Source: an uncultured Verrucomicrobiae bacterium
Lineage (GTDB): Bacteria > Verrucomicrobiota > Verrucomicrobiia > Chthoniobacterales > Terrimicrobiaceae
Assembly (NCBI GenBank): GCA_963706955.1
Contig: CAVPOC010000010.1
Span: forward strand, 96,001-160,000
Direction: 5' to 3'
Length of the DNA: 64,000 nucleotides
Part shown: piece after piece, positions 10,071 to 20,431 of the stretch
Numbering within the stretch: the stretch's first letter is position 1
Layout: each line of letters begins with the position of its first letter
Program-made: the position numbers and the translations under genes
The notes under the pieces: model-generated
The model's database searches: none
The model's input: only the letters and a program-made list of their open reading frames with translations
Told to the model about the DNA's origin: nothing

Positions 10071-11191
10071 TTTTCGTAAACTCCTATAACTTTCTTAGCG
10101 ATTACCGGCCAATCAAAGTTGTCTTTCGCGTAAGCCTGGCAGGCACTATCCGATGGGAGTTTTCCCAGTGCGCTGAGGCGTGCTGCCAAGCCATCGGCGA
10201 TCTGAGCTGGCGAGGACCCCTCCAGGATCAGATCTTTTGAAAGGCCGCTGACCACCTCCGGCAGTCCGCCAACCGGCGTGACAATCACCGGCGTGCCCGC
10301 GGCGAGCGACTCAAGGACGATCAAGCCGAATCCTTCCAGAGAAATTGACGGAACTACGCTTACGTCGGCTGCTCGATAGGCAACCGGCAAGTCGGCATCC
10401 GGAACAAATCCCACTAGTTTGACATGTTCTTGCAAGTTCTTTCGCTCGACGAGAGCAGCCAGCTCGCCCGCCAATGGACCTGTTCCCGCCAAAACAGCCA
10501 AAATACCTTGCTCCTTCTCGCGAAGTTGGGCTACAGCCTCGATGAAGTTTTCCAAGCCCATCCGTCGCGCCAGACGCCGAACAGTCAGGAGGATGATCCG
10601 ATCCTTCGGCCAGCCAAGCCTCTCTCTCGCCTCGGCGCGCGACAGACCGGTGTTAAAAACATCCGCCTGCACTCCTCCGGGCACGACATCAATACGATCC
10701 TCCCGAATTTGGTATCGCGTGACCAAGACGTCACGAAAAGCTTTGGAGAGAACCACGAACCGCCGAGCGGTCGCATAAGTTATACGTTCGATTGCTTGCT
10801 TGAAGTAGACCGCGCGGCTGCCCTCGCCTTCGGCCGCCGACTCGTCCGCCCAGGGGCCATGGAAATGCACGACGTGAGGATGCCGCCAGAGGAAGTCAAG
10901 CAACGGAAAGACGTATAAGGAAAAGTGCGAAGCAATTAGGGCCGGGCGTGTTCCACGTGCCAACTCCTCCTTCACGCCCTTGCGCAGTTTGAGAAAACGG
11001 TGCCGTAAAGATTGGTCCCGGCTTCCCAGGAAGCGCACATGCGATCCCACAGGTGATTTGCCTTCGCCGAAAACAAAGGCCTTCATCGCGTAATCCTGAT
11101 GCGCCAACTCCGAAACCAAGCCGTAAAAGTAGCGATCTGCTCCGCCACCGCCCTCCGGAAACCAATGCATACCAACCTCGAGAATATGCAT
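10055..11191 (-). CDS. Glycosyltransferase family 4
   Basis: MHILEVG...GGGADRY, VRRLARRMG and EGFGLIVLESLAAGTPV. ATG chosen at 11191. Confidence 0.92.
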   Translation of the reverse strand: MHILEVGMHWFPEGGGGADRYFYGLVSELAHQDYAMKAFVFGEGKSPVGSHVRFLGSRDQSLRHRFLKLRKGVKEELARGTRPALIASHFSLYVFPLLDFLWRHPHVVHFHGPWADESAAEGEGSRAVYFKQAIERITYATARRFVVLSKAFRDVLVTRYQIREDRIDVVPGGVQADVFNTGLSRAEARERLGWPKDRIILLTVRRLARRMGLENFIEAVAQLREKEQGILAVLAGTGPLAGELAALVERKNLQEHVKLVGFVPDADLPVAYRAADVSVVPSISLEGFGLIVLESLAAGTPVIVTPVGGLPEVVSGLSKDLILEGSSPAQIADGLAARLSALGKLPSDSACQAYAKDNFDWPVIAKKVIGVYEKCLQK

Positions 11192-11596
11192 GCTTAGACT
11201 ACTCGAATTAAACACCCGTCCATGGTAACTTCGTGCCTCCACCGCCACTGCCTTTCCGTGCGGCAATACGCCCGAAACATGCGCATCAGCCAAACCTCTT
11301 CCTCAGATCTCCAAACAACCGACGATATTCGGCCACGGGATCGCCGCGGATAAACGGCTCTCCCACGAAAACTAACTAAGTTCTTAGAAAGCGGGCCAAC
11401 TAGACGAAAATCGTCCACCGCGAGTCGCCTGCACTGAACTTCTCCAGCAACTTGCCGCCGAGGAAATAGCCAATTAGGACAAAGACCAAAGTGGACACCG
11501 TTGTCCCCGCCCAAGACGGTCTTGCCTGTCTGATCTCTGCTATTCCCAACCAGATCCTAAGCTTAGGGGGCACACCGACGCGGAGGTCTCCACTAT

Positions 11597-12778
11597 TCAA
11601 ACCTGTTGTGGCGCACGTCCGGCGACATTTTCCAACGTGTGAGCCATTTTTCTAGCGACTGCGGCGAGGGAAACCTCCCGTTCAACCCACCTGCGACCGT
11701 TGTCGGCGTATCTCGCGCGCAATTCGCTTTGCGTCATCAGCGCGCGCAGGCACGCGGCGAACTCCTCCGCATTCTTCTCGGGAAAGATAAGACCTCCATC
11801 GGCTTTCTGAATGAGGTTAGGAATTTCGCCCGAGGATGAACCAACCACGGGTGTGCCCGCAGCCATGGCTTCGGTAATGACACGACCAAACTGCTCCTTC
11901 CAATTCGGCTGTGTTTCGGAGGGGACCACAAGGATATCGAAAGCGCTAAGATACCGGGGCGTTTCCACATGGGGCACAAACCCCAAAAAGGTGACGCGGT
12001 CTATTACGCCTCCCTCTTGCAGCAGCTGCCGGAACGTCTCCTCGAAGTCGCCCTTTCCGATCACCACCAGCTTCCAGCGTAGATCGCGTAGCTTGGGCAG
12101 CGTCGCGGCTAGCGTCCGGAACCCCTTTGGTTCGACGATGCGTCCGACATAGCCGATGATTATCTCACCTTCCTCCCTTGGAATCAGCTGCCGGTCCTCA
12201 TCGCCGCCTCTTGGTCGATAGATCTTAGGATCAAGCGGCAGCGGACACACCTCGGTCTGCCCTCGAAAATTCTTGGCACGCAATACTTCCTCAACCGCCT
12301 CGGTGATCGGGAACGCGTATGCGCTCTGTCGATAAACCATCCTCTCAAGCCAGCTAAACGGCGGAGGATATTGCTTGAGAATGTTCTGCGCAGAGTAGAA
12401 CCCGAACGGTGCTCTGAGGGATCGGGCATTCGCCCAGCAGATCTGAGCTGCCGCTAAGGCATAGGGCTCATTTTGGACATAGATCGCGTCAAAGCGGTTT
12501 TGCTTAAGATAGTTTCCCCAAGCTCGCTTATAAATATGGAGGATGATGTGCCCGTTCTTCCAAACCGGAACCCTCTCTATGCTCGCCTGGAGGCCTGGCC
12601 AAACTCCTCCTTCGAGCACATTGCCAAACTCATCCTTCCATTGATCGGGTATGATCAGCGATATCTTCCAGCCGGTTTGCTGCTCGAGCTCGGCGTAGAT
12701 CTGCTGATTGATGGGAGTGGTGGAAGGATGGCTGACGACAAGAAGATGCATCTTCAGCTTGCCTCGGAAGTTTTCCAT
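11597..12778 (-). CDS. Glycosyltransferase family 4
   Basis: YVGRIVEPKG and WKEQFGRVITEAMAAGTPVV. Confidence 0.92.
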   Translation of the reverse strand: MENFRGKLKMHLLVVSHPSTTPINQQIYAELEQQTGWKISLIIPDQWKDEFGNVLEGGVWPGLQASIERVPVWKNGHIILHIYKRAWGNYLKQNRFDAIYVQNEPYALAAAQICWANARSLRAPFGFYSAQNILKQYPPPFSWLERMVYRQSAYAFPITEAVEEVLRAKNFRGQTEVCPLPLDPKIYRPRGGDEDRQLIPREEGEIIIGYVGRIVEPKGFRTLAATLPKLRDLRWKLVVIGKGDFEETFRQLLQEGGVIDRVTFLGFVPHVETPRYLSAFDILVVPSETQPNWKEQFGRVITEAMAAGTPVVGSSSGEIPNLIQKADGGLIFPEKNAEEFAACLRALMTQSELRARYADNGRRWVEREVSLAAVARKMAHTLENVAGRAPQQV

Positions 12779-13926
12779 CCGAGATATTCCTTGTAGGCAT
12801 TCTCCGTCTGCTCGGTGACACGATCCCAGGTGTAGTTTTGTTCGACCAATTTCCGGGCGTTTCGTCCCATTTCCTGCCGCTTGCCGGCATCCTGAACCAA
12901 CGGTTCAATGACTTTGGCAATATGCTTGGGATCGCTTTCGACGAAATCTCCGTTGACCCCGGGCTGAATGAAGTCCTCGGTGCCATTGATGGACGTTGCG
13001 ACCACCGGTAGGCCACAGGCGGCTGCCTCAATCGTTGCCAGGCTGAATGCCTCATACCAGCTGGGAAAAAGGAAAATATCTGAGCTCGCCAAGGCCAGCG
13101 GGACATCCTTTCGAAAACCACCAAAAACTACACGGTTGGTCACCTGATTCTCATCCGCGAGTGCCTTCAGGGTTTCTTTGGCCGGATCATCGCCCGCGAT
13201 GAAAAGCTTCGCCTTGGGATCAGGAAGCAGAGGCAGCGCGCGAATCGCCAGGTCCAAACCTTTCCGCACCCATTCGCCGCCGGCGAAGATGAGCACCACA
13301 TCGTCCGCTCCAAGGCCGTTTTCACGTCTCCAAGCGAGCCTTTGCTCTTCAGAGATCGGTTTGAAAATGCTCAGATCGGCGGCATTGGGAACAATTCTCA
13401 CCGGCGCGGGACCGATGTCGTAGTTCTCCCGGAGCTCGCGCTCGACGCCGCGCGAAACAGGCAAGAAGAGTGGCGGTCGCCTTCCCGGCCGATGCGTGTA
13501 GAGCTTAAACTCGGCATCGCTTGTCACTCTAAGATAGGAGGCGCGCGTCATTCGCCGGAAGGGAGATATTTTCTCGAGACTTCCGAGCCGATCCAGGATC
13601 TTCTTCTTGGCCGGCTGGATGTTCTGAATCGTTATGACATTGGCACGTAGCGTATTGCAACCGATGCCGTGAATAATGTCGAAAAACCGATCGGGAATCG
13701 TGCGGTTGACGAGGACATGATAACTTAGGAAATCGGCCACTTCGGGCCACCCGGGACCAGGCACTTTATGCCACCGGACCTTACCGAGATCTAAGTCTTC
13801 GGCTTTTCGTGCAAAGAGATGCACTTCGTTGCCCCGATCGGAAAGCCTTTCCGCTACTTCGTTGACCGCCCGGGCACTTCCGTCCCGGCGGTTGCAATTG
13901 ATCATTGAGAATGCAATTCTTAACAT
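12754..13926 (-). CDS. Glycosyltransferase family 4
   Basis: FAGGEWVRKG and YEAFSLATIEAAACGLPVV. ATG chosen at 13926. Confidence 0.92.
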   Translation of the reverse strand: MLRIAFSMINCNRRDGSARAVNEVAERLSDRGNEVHLFARKAEDLDLGKVRWHKVPGPGWPEVADFLSYHVLVNRTIPDRFFDIIHGIGCNTLRANVITIQNIQPAKKKILDRLGSLEKISPFRRMTRASYLRVTSDAEFKLYTHRPGRRPPLFLPVSRGVERELRENYDIGPAPVRIVPNAADLSIFKPISEEQRLAWRRENGLGADDVVLIFAGGEWVRKGLDLAIRALPLLPDPKAKLFIAGDDPAKETLKALADENQVTNRVVFGGFRKDVPLALASSDIFLFPSWYEAFSLATIEAAACGLPVVATSINGTEDFIQPGVNGDFVESDPKHIAKVIEPLVQDAGKRQEMGRNARKLVEQNYTWDRVTEQTENAYKEYLGWKTSEAS

Positions 13927-14180
13927 GTCATTTTTACCAAGTTGTCCGTTCTTGAGCGATTCCAATCGTGATACTTCCCCTCCGGACCTATCCGAACTCG
14001 TTCGGGATCGTTCTAAATCAAGCGCTCTACGCTTCTATTTTCTCCGGGCTGCCAGATGAGTGATGGGCAGCTTCCCCGAATACCCTCCCTACGCGACAAA
14101 GCCCGAGTGACTCTTATACCCGAGGATCTCCCCCCTCAGGTCAAGAATCCGCCCGACGTCGGAAAGAACTGGGCGGCAGC

Positions 14181-15542
14181 TCAAGCCGGCTGGCCGGCTA
14201 CGCCAGGCGGAACGGAAGGCGCCTCCGCCTTCTTCAACATCTGCAGCTTCTGGACAAAGACGCCTAAGGCTCTTGGATCGAGCGCTGAGCCGAATATGAT
14301 CCAAAGGATTGAAAATTGCGTGATCATGTTTCCGACGAAACACGCCGGGATTAAAGCGATGATGAATGCGCGAGCGAGCATTACCTCAGTAGGCCGGTAG
14401 CCGATCTTGAATCGAATCGCTAACTGCTTCCACATAGCCCAGAGCGCGTAGACGATCGCAATGGCCCCGAGCCAGCCATACTGCGCCACGATCTCCACAT
14501 AACCGGCGTCCGTAATGACGGCTGTGTTCGACTCGTCGCCGGTATTAATGCGGCTCGAAATACCCGTGGCCCCCAAGCCAAAGCCAAGCGGATTGAGCAG
14601 AATCGTGGATACGCCATATGAATAAATATCCATCCGGGCCTGGAAAGATCCGTCCTCCTGCATGTTGCCAAGCGTGGAAAAGCGATCCTTCAGCTTCTCG
14701 GAGCCAGGCATCTTATCCATGCCAAACCAGGCTGCCCCACCAATAACCGCCATGGCGATCAACATCTGGAAAAATCCGGTTCCTTTGTTAATCATGACGT
14801 AAATGAGGATTGTGAGGGTCGCCAGGATGATACCTGTGCGTGTTTGGGCGAGTAGGATATTCGAGAGAACAAGAATGACGCCTAACCAACTAAGCGGGGT
14901 ACGCCATTTCGGCGAAATAATCATCGGAACGATCGCCAACCCCAAAAATCCTCCGAAAACGCCGCGCTCAGCCATCGTGGAGAAGACTGACATCTTCATC
15001 GGCTCCAAAATTCCCATATAGCCTTCAAAGCCTACCGCCCTAACCCAGAAGGCATCCCAAGGCGGAATAGTAAAGTATTGATACCAGCCGTAAGCCGAAG
15101 CGATGATCGCGCACCACGCCGAAGTGCGAAGCCAACGATCCTTGGTATTCTGATCCGCACCGAGCGTAAGAATATAGCCGAACATCGCGATCGGGGCGAG
15201 GACCTCCGCCAGCGCATAGATGGCAGCGAATTGCACACGAATGAATCCGATGGCAAATCCATACGCCATGGCACCGAGAAAGCAGGTTAGAATTGTCTTG
15301 TGCGACTTGGGCAACGTACTGAACCGCCCAAGAAAGGGCAGCAGCATCAGCATGGTGATCGCCAGGGGCGTCAGGCTAACTGGCGAGAGCGGATTGAAAG
15401 CGCCGGCGTTGTAGTCGAGGATGCGGCGTAATCCTCTGTTAAACACGAAAATTACAATAACATAGTCGACGAGAAAGCTGGATCTTTGGAAGGCATAGTA
15501 CGCACCAATTCCAATAATGATGGCGGCGACTACCCAGTCCAT
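14181..15542 (-). CDS. O-antigen ligase / Wzy polymerase family membrane protein
   Basis: About 11-12 hydrophobic segments; QTRTG, DGSFQAR, NPLGFGLG and DAGYVEIVAQYGWLG resemble the Wzy_C pattern. Lies inside the GT cluster. Confidence 0.8.
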   Translation of the reverse strand: MDWVVAAIIIGIGAYYAFQRSSFLVDYVIVIFVFNRGLRRILDYNAGAFNPLSPVSLTPLAITMLMLLPFLGRFSTLPKSHKTILTCFLGAMAYGFAIGFIRVQFAAIYALAEVLAPIAMFGYILTLGADQNTKDRWLRTSAWCAIIASAYGWYQYFTIPPWDAFWVRAVGFEGYMGILEPMKMSVFSTMAERGVFGGFLGLAIVPMIISPKWRTPLSWLGVILVLSNILLAQTRTGIILATLTILIYVMINKGTGFFQMLIAMAVIGGAAWFGMDKMPGSEKLKDRFSTLGNMQEDGSFQARMDIYSYGVSTILLNPLGFGLGATGISSRINTGDESNTAVITDAGYVEIVAQYGWLGAIAIVYALWAMWKQLAIRFKIGYRPTEVMLARAFIIALIPACFVGNMITQFSILWIIFGSALDPRALGVFVQKLQMLKKAEAPSVPPGVAGQPA

Positions 15543-15607
15543 GAAAGCTTATGTAGTATAGACAGTTTCTTGGCGAGCCGCAACGCGTTTCGACCCCGGT
15601 TTGTCGA

Positions 15608-16730
15608 TCAGGCGGCGCCCTTCTTCACCAGCTTCCTTAAGGCGTCGCCGACGCGGGCCGCGGTACTTCTCCATGGTGTATTCCTGGCTGCGTTGCTTGG
15701 CCCGTTCGCCCACCGAGCGCGCCCAATCCAGATCCTGCAGGTATTTAAGGATGGCTGCGGCCATTTCCTCCGGTTGATTCCAAGTGACCAGCTGGCCATC
15801 GACGCCATGCGTGATAATCTCGTCCGGCCCGCCGGGCTTTGTGGCGATGACCGGCTTTCCGAGAGACATGGCTTCGATCACGACGATTCCGAAAGGCTCG
15901 CTTTCCGAGGCATGCACGAAGACATCCATCGCTTGCATCCATTCGGGAACGTTTCGCTGCATTCCAACCATTCGAATCTTTTCCTCCATGCCGAGTTCCT
16001 TGACTCTGGCACGCAGCCACGGTTCGTATTCGGGCTCTAGCTTGAACATTCCGCCAACGATGACCCCTTCGGCGTTAGGCACCTTTTCAAACACGCGAGC
16101 CATGGCGTCCACAAAGACATGCATCCCTTTCCAGCGCTGCATTCGGCCGACAATCCCCACGATAAAGCGATTTGGCTCCAGCCCTAAGCGTCGCCTGATT
16201 TCTTCAGGGGACTGTTTCTCGGCTTCGGAAAAGCGAGTAAAATCAGCTGCCAGCGGGACGCCGATCACCCGATGCCGGACAAGCGCCTGTTGGAGAATGG
16301 CCGCAAAGTTTGAACAGGTGAGAGCGCCTGCCGCTGGAATCACTCGCGAGAGTCGATCGACAGGGCCGTTATCAGGCAGACCCATTTGGAAGTAAACGGC
16401 GGGCACTCCCAGCATCCGGGCGGCGGCTCCGCCGTAGATGTGTGCCTTGGTCATCCAAGCGAGCACAAGGTCCGGGCGATGTTCAGTTATTAAATCGCGA
16501 ATCTTGAAAATGGCTGTCGCGATCTTCCACGGTTGGCGCAGCCGCCCGCTATCGACGACCTCCACCCGCACTCCCGTCTTCTCGAAAACTTCCTTGAGCT
16601 CCCCCTCTTCGAGCAAGACTACAAGAACCGACGAAAGTCCCGCAGCTTCACGGTACCGAAGAAGATGGATTAACGCCTCTTCCGCACCACCATGGAGATG
16701 GGCGGACGGCATGACGATTACAACCCTCAT
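15608..16730 (-). CDS. Glycosyltransferase family 4 (apparent frameshift ~15660 near the C-terminus)
   Basis: MRVVIV...HGGAEE, VGRMQRWKG and EPFGIVVIEAMSLGKPV. The natural-looking tail AARVGDALRKLVKKGAA* is in the 15608 frame; the unshifted ORF ends at 15549. Confidence 0.88.
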
Positions 16731-16749
16731 GGCAGGCAGGTTGGCAGTT

Positions 16750-17877
16750 TCACTCTCGCAGCCCCTCCAGCGTCTTTTGGGCAATCTTCGGCCAAGCGAA
16801 GTATCGCTCGAAAAACGCTTCCATCTCTTCGCGGCCGCGTTGTTGGTTTTTCCATTTTGAGACGATCCATTGATTGATTCGATCGGTGAAGGCCTTTTGA
16901 TCATCGCGCGGGGCGAGAATCAGACTGCTCGGGGCATCGTTCCGCAACAACGCATCGGTGTGATCCGCCCAGGTGGAAGCAACTGCCACACCATGTTGAA
17001 AGCCAGCTATTGCCGACCCTCTCCGCGTCGAGATGCCATCGATAAATGGAGAGATCAGAACGTCCATGGCCCGCATCCGGTCGGCGGCGGCTTCCGCCGG
17101 CAAAGGCCCCTCGTCCATGAAAGGAAACCCCGCGCAGACTTCGCGAAAGCTTTTCCCGTCCTTCCCGACATAGAGAACGACCAGTTTGTCCTGCACGCCT
17201 GCTGCGCCCTGAACCGCCGCGCCCATCCAATCAGTCATCCGACTCGGGTGGGAGGAACCAAACATCCCCACGACCAACGTATCGGCAGAGATTCTGAGCT
17301 TTTCCCGCGCCGCCTCCCAGGAGAGCGGCGACTGGGGCAGATTTGAGCCAACCGGCAGGTGGTGACAGACCGCTTCCGGGAAAACGGCCTTGATTTCGTC
17401 AATCCACCGCGTTGTTGAGACGAAAATCGCGTCCGCAAGTTTGGCCAAGGCACGAAGTTGGCGGTTCTGCCACTGACGCATTACCCAAAATTTCCATGGA
17501 CGAGTGGGAACTTGGGTCTCGTGGAACATGACCGCGACCTGAGCTTGGCCCGTTTTCTTCAGCTTCCGGGCTGTATCCACTAGCCAGGGACAATATCCCC
17601 ATCGGCCAAAGCCGAACGGATTATATTCGACTTTCAGCCAATCGAGGCCGCCTCCCTGGGCCAGCAGAGCGGGGAGTTGCTTGATGGACTGCGGGTTGTC
17701 GGGCTCGAAGAAGGGATGGACCTCGGCCTCATCACAGCGCGCCCGCTGACGGCCTTTTGAGGTCCAGACGCTTGTCTGAACACCCTTTTCTGCCAGGGCC
17801 TTGGCCAGCCAATAGGTATAATCGCCGATACCGTCAAAATCCGGTGGGAAGGCGGCGCTTAGAAGGCCGATTTTCAA
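16750..17877 (-). CDS. Glycosyltransferase family 4-like
   Basis: MKIGLLSAAFPPDFDGIGDYT N-terminus and PFIDGISTRRGSAIAGF; TTG start. Confidence 0.85.
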   Translation of the reverse strand: MKIGLLSAAFPPDFDGIGDYTYWLAKALAEKGVQTSVWTSKGRQRARCDEAEVHPFFEPDNPQSIKQLPALLAQGGGLDWLKVEYNPFGFGRWGYCPWLVDTARKLKKTGQAQVAVMFHETQVPTRPWKFWVMRQWQNRQLRALAKLADAIFVSTTRWIDEIKAVFPEAVCHHLPVGSNLPQSPLSWEAAREKLRISADTLVVGMFGSSHPSRMTDWMGAAVQGAAGVQDKLVVLYVGKDGKSFREVCAGFPFMDEGPLPAEAAADRMRAMDVLISPFIDGISTRRGSAIAGFQHGVAVASTWADHTDALLRNDAPSSLILAPRDDQKAFTDRINQWIVSKWKNQQRGREEMEAFFERYFAWPKIAQKTLEGLRE

Positions 17878-17963
17878 GGCAATTGAATGGCTGCCGATCA
17901 GAGAAAGAGAGGTCGGAGGAAAGTCGTCTTTGGATCTTCCTTAGTCGACCTCGATAGCTGACC

Positions 17964-18506
17964 TTAAAAGAAGTGGCGCACCACCTTGGTGTTGTAGGCA
18001 AATTTCGCAGTGCGCATGGCGATCTTTCGCGCCGGAATTCCGGCAACTATTTCTCTTGGGCCGACAGACTTGGTGACAACCGCGCCGGCGGCGACGACGG
18101 CTCCCTCTCCGATATCGACTCCCGGAAGGATGGTTGCACGGCTGCCAACGAAAACGAAGTCCCCGATGGTCACAGGTCGTTCTCGTCCGCCGATATCGTC
18201 TGTGGAAATATCGTGGTCTGCGGTGATAATATGCACTTCCGGTGAGATTGACACATTCTTCCCGATGGTGATGAAGCCTCTGGCGTCAAGGCGGCACCGT
18301 TGATTGATCACCGAGTTCTCTCCAATCACCAGCTGTCTGCGGCAATCAAGCCAAAGACCTGAATGGAAAAAAACTCCCGGTCCCATTTCCACCTGCATGA
18401 CCTGCTGGTAGAAGAGTTTGCGCAGCCGTGCGCTCGGAAGATTCGCGACCACGATGTTGCAAATGTAGAGCAGAGCATCGAAGCGGACTGCAGCCCAATG
18501 ACTCAT
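17964..18506 (-). CDS. Hexapeptide-repeat (LbH) O-acetyltransferase
   Basis: IGKNVSI...ITADH and VTIGDFVFVGSRATILPGVDIGEGAVVAAGAVVTK...GIPAR. Confidence 0.92.
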   Translation of the reverse strand: MSHWAAVRFDALLYICNIVVANLPSARLRKLFYQQVMQVEMGPGVFFHSGLWLDCRRQLVIGENSVINQRCRLDARGFITIGKNVSISPEVHIITADHDISTDDIGGRERPVTIGDFVFVGSRATILPGVDIGEGAVVAAGAVVTKSVGPREIVAGIPARKIAMRTAKFAYNTKVVRHFF

Positions 18507-19447
18507 TTTCCCAGGAGGCGGTGCTTCACGGTCCGGGCGATGCCCCGCAGTGAGGAAGGCTCAGCAATAGCTCGACCGGCCAGCCTTTTTGCGTTCGTCA
18601 TCCAGCGTTTTCCCCGGGCGCGGTCACCGGCCAAAAACGCTTCCAATCCCAGAAGGAAGAGATCCTTTCCAAGCATCACTCGAAGCCTCTTCGCCAGGTC
18701 CGCTCCTCGCGGATGAGGTCGAAAAAGACTCTCGGCATCGTCGGCAAACACGATCATCTCATCTTGGAGTCGTCCCGAAGTTGAGAAGACAGACGTCACA
18801 CCTCCAACGTTTTGCCGATAGCGAACCAAAACCTTGGGTATTGCGCGACACCGCCGTGAAGCCATCGCTAGTTGCAGGTAATAGCGTCGATCGCAAACCA
18901 TTCCAAAGCGCGGGTCGGGCGACCCGGCACGATTCGAAGCTTCGCGGGTGAAGGCACTAGCCGAAGGCAGCGCATGGTTATTATCCAATAGCCAGACAGA
19001 GGCATCCTCGCCACTCATTTCCTTCGCGACGGTCACCGGCGCTGAGCGCTGACGAAATTTCAAGCTTGGATCGTAGTAGTCCCAATTTGTCCAAACCAGA
19101 TCCAAATCCCTCTGCTTCTGAAAGGCATCCGCAAACGTCTGCAAAGCATCCGGCTCCCAGGCATCATCCGCATGCAGCGTCGTCAGAATGGGTGCTGAGG
19201 TATTTGCGATCGTAAAAGCCCAGTTGTTTGCCTGCCTGAGATTCTCGCGTTGGTAAACATAGCGAACCCGGCGGTCCTTCAAATAGGGAGTTACCACGTC
19301 CGACGTGTTGTCGGTTGAGGCATCGTCGGAAATGAGCAGCTCCCAATTCTGGAAAGTTTGTGCACAAACACTGTCCAAGGCGGTCTTGATAAAGGCCGCA
19401 CTGTTATGTGCCAGCATACAAACGCTAATATAGGGCGAGCTATCCAA
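18503..19447 (-). CDS. Glycosyltransferase family 2
   Basis: ISVCMLAHN, ELLISDDASTD and LHADD. Confidence 0.92.
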   Translation of the reverse strand: MDSSPYISVCMLAHNSAAFIKTALDSVCAQTFQNWELLISDDASTDNTSDVVTPYLKDRRVRYVYQRENLRQANNWAFTIANTSAPILTTLHADDAWEPDALQTFADAFQKQRDLDLVWTNWDYYDPSLKFRQRSAPVTVAKEMSGEDASVWLLDNNHALPSASAFTREASNRAGSPDPRFGMVCDRRYYLQLAMASRRCRAIPKVLVRYRQNVGGVTSVFSTSGRLQDEMIVFADDAESLFRPHPRGADLAKRLRVMLGKDLFLLGLEAFLAGDRARGKRWMTNAKRLAGRAIAEPSSLRGIARTVKHRLLGK

Positions 19448-19510
19448 AGAGAGAATTGTTTCGCTGAAAGAGCGGGTCTTCTAAGCCAAGCAAAAAGATT
19501 GTTCCCAAGA

Positions 19511-20371
19511 TTACGGTCGCGGCGGTGACTTTTTCTGCCAGATAAAGGAGAGGAAGGCGGCGAGCCGTTCCAACTTACGAAGGCGGGGTTGATCGGGCTT
19601 GATGCGACCAGCTTTCATCTCGAGCTCCCAACGCTTTGCCCAGCAAAGAAAATAGTATTGGGCAAAGAACAGCGACATGATAAGTCCAAAGGCGCCTTCG
19701 CGATAACTTCCCTTGTAAACATAGAGGTTGAGAAATGTGTGGATGATACCACGCAACGGAGATTTCGGCATCGGCGCACCATCGGCGACCGCCTGCTCTG
19801 CTTCCAGGCTGGTATAACGATTCTGTGTTGCCAGGTAATCGCTGATGGAATCCTTCGAGAAGTGGAGCAGATAGCCATTCAGACTCTCAGTCCTTCCCTC
19901 CGTGATCAAGCCCTCATGGACAAGACGTGAATCCCACCTGGTAGCACCTCGTCGTTGCATTCGCGTTTGCCAGGCTTCACCATGAGTATACGGAGTGTAG
20001 ACCCCAAAGTAATGTTCGCGGCGACGCACTCTAAAGATCGTGATGTCGGCGGGAATTCCGTCGCGCAAGCGCTTTCGCACTTCGGTCGCGAGCTCCGGCG
20101 TGAAGTGTTCATCAGCATCGAGAAAGAAAACCCACTCGCAGGTTGACTGGTCCAGTCCGTAGTTGCGCTGATCGGCAAACCCCCCGGGCTTGGTCGGTCC
20201 CAATCGATCGCTAAGGAATACTTTGTCCGTGAACTTCCGTGCTACTTCGACGGTATTGTCGGTGCTGTAACCATCCACCACTATCACTTCATCACACCAA
20301 GTCGCGCTAGCCAAACAATCCGGAAGGCGAGCTGCTTCGTTGTAGGTCAGGATGATCGCCGAGATAGTCAT
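19511..20371 (-). CDS. Glycosyltransferase family 2 (WaaE/KdtX-like beta-1,4-glucosyltransferase subfamily)
   Basis: ISAIILTYNE, VDGYSTD, QRN, WVFFLDADE, VHE and NRYTSLEA. Confidence 0.9.
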   Translation of the reverse strand: MTISAIILTYNEAARLPDCLASATWCDEVIVVDGYSTDNTVEVARKFTDKVFLSDRLGPTKPGGFADQRNYGLDQSTCEWVFFLDADEHFTPELATEVRKRLRDGIPADITIFRVRRREHYFGVYTPYTHGEAWQTRMQRRGATRWDSRLVHEGLITEGRTESLNGYLLHFSKDSISDYLATQNRYTSLEAEQAVADGAPMPKSPLRGIIHTFLNLYVYKGSYREGAFGLIMSLFFAQYYFLCWAKRWELEMKAGRIKPDQPRLRKLERLAAFLSFIWQKKSPPRP

Positions 20372-20431
20372 TGAATCATGAAAATGGAGTATGAGTCTGC
20401 TTCAACGCTGCCTGCCTCCCGGGCAACCCGC

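Noticed and set aside
5553..14095. Isolated CCCTAC-ended stubs at ~5575 and ~14090 as REP copies
   Set aside because: The hairpins are too degenerate to assign to a family by eye.
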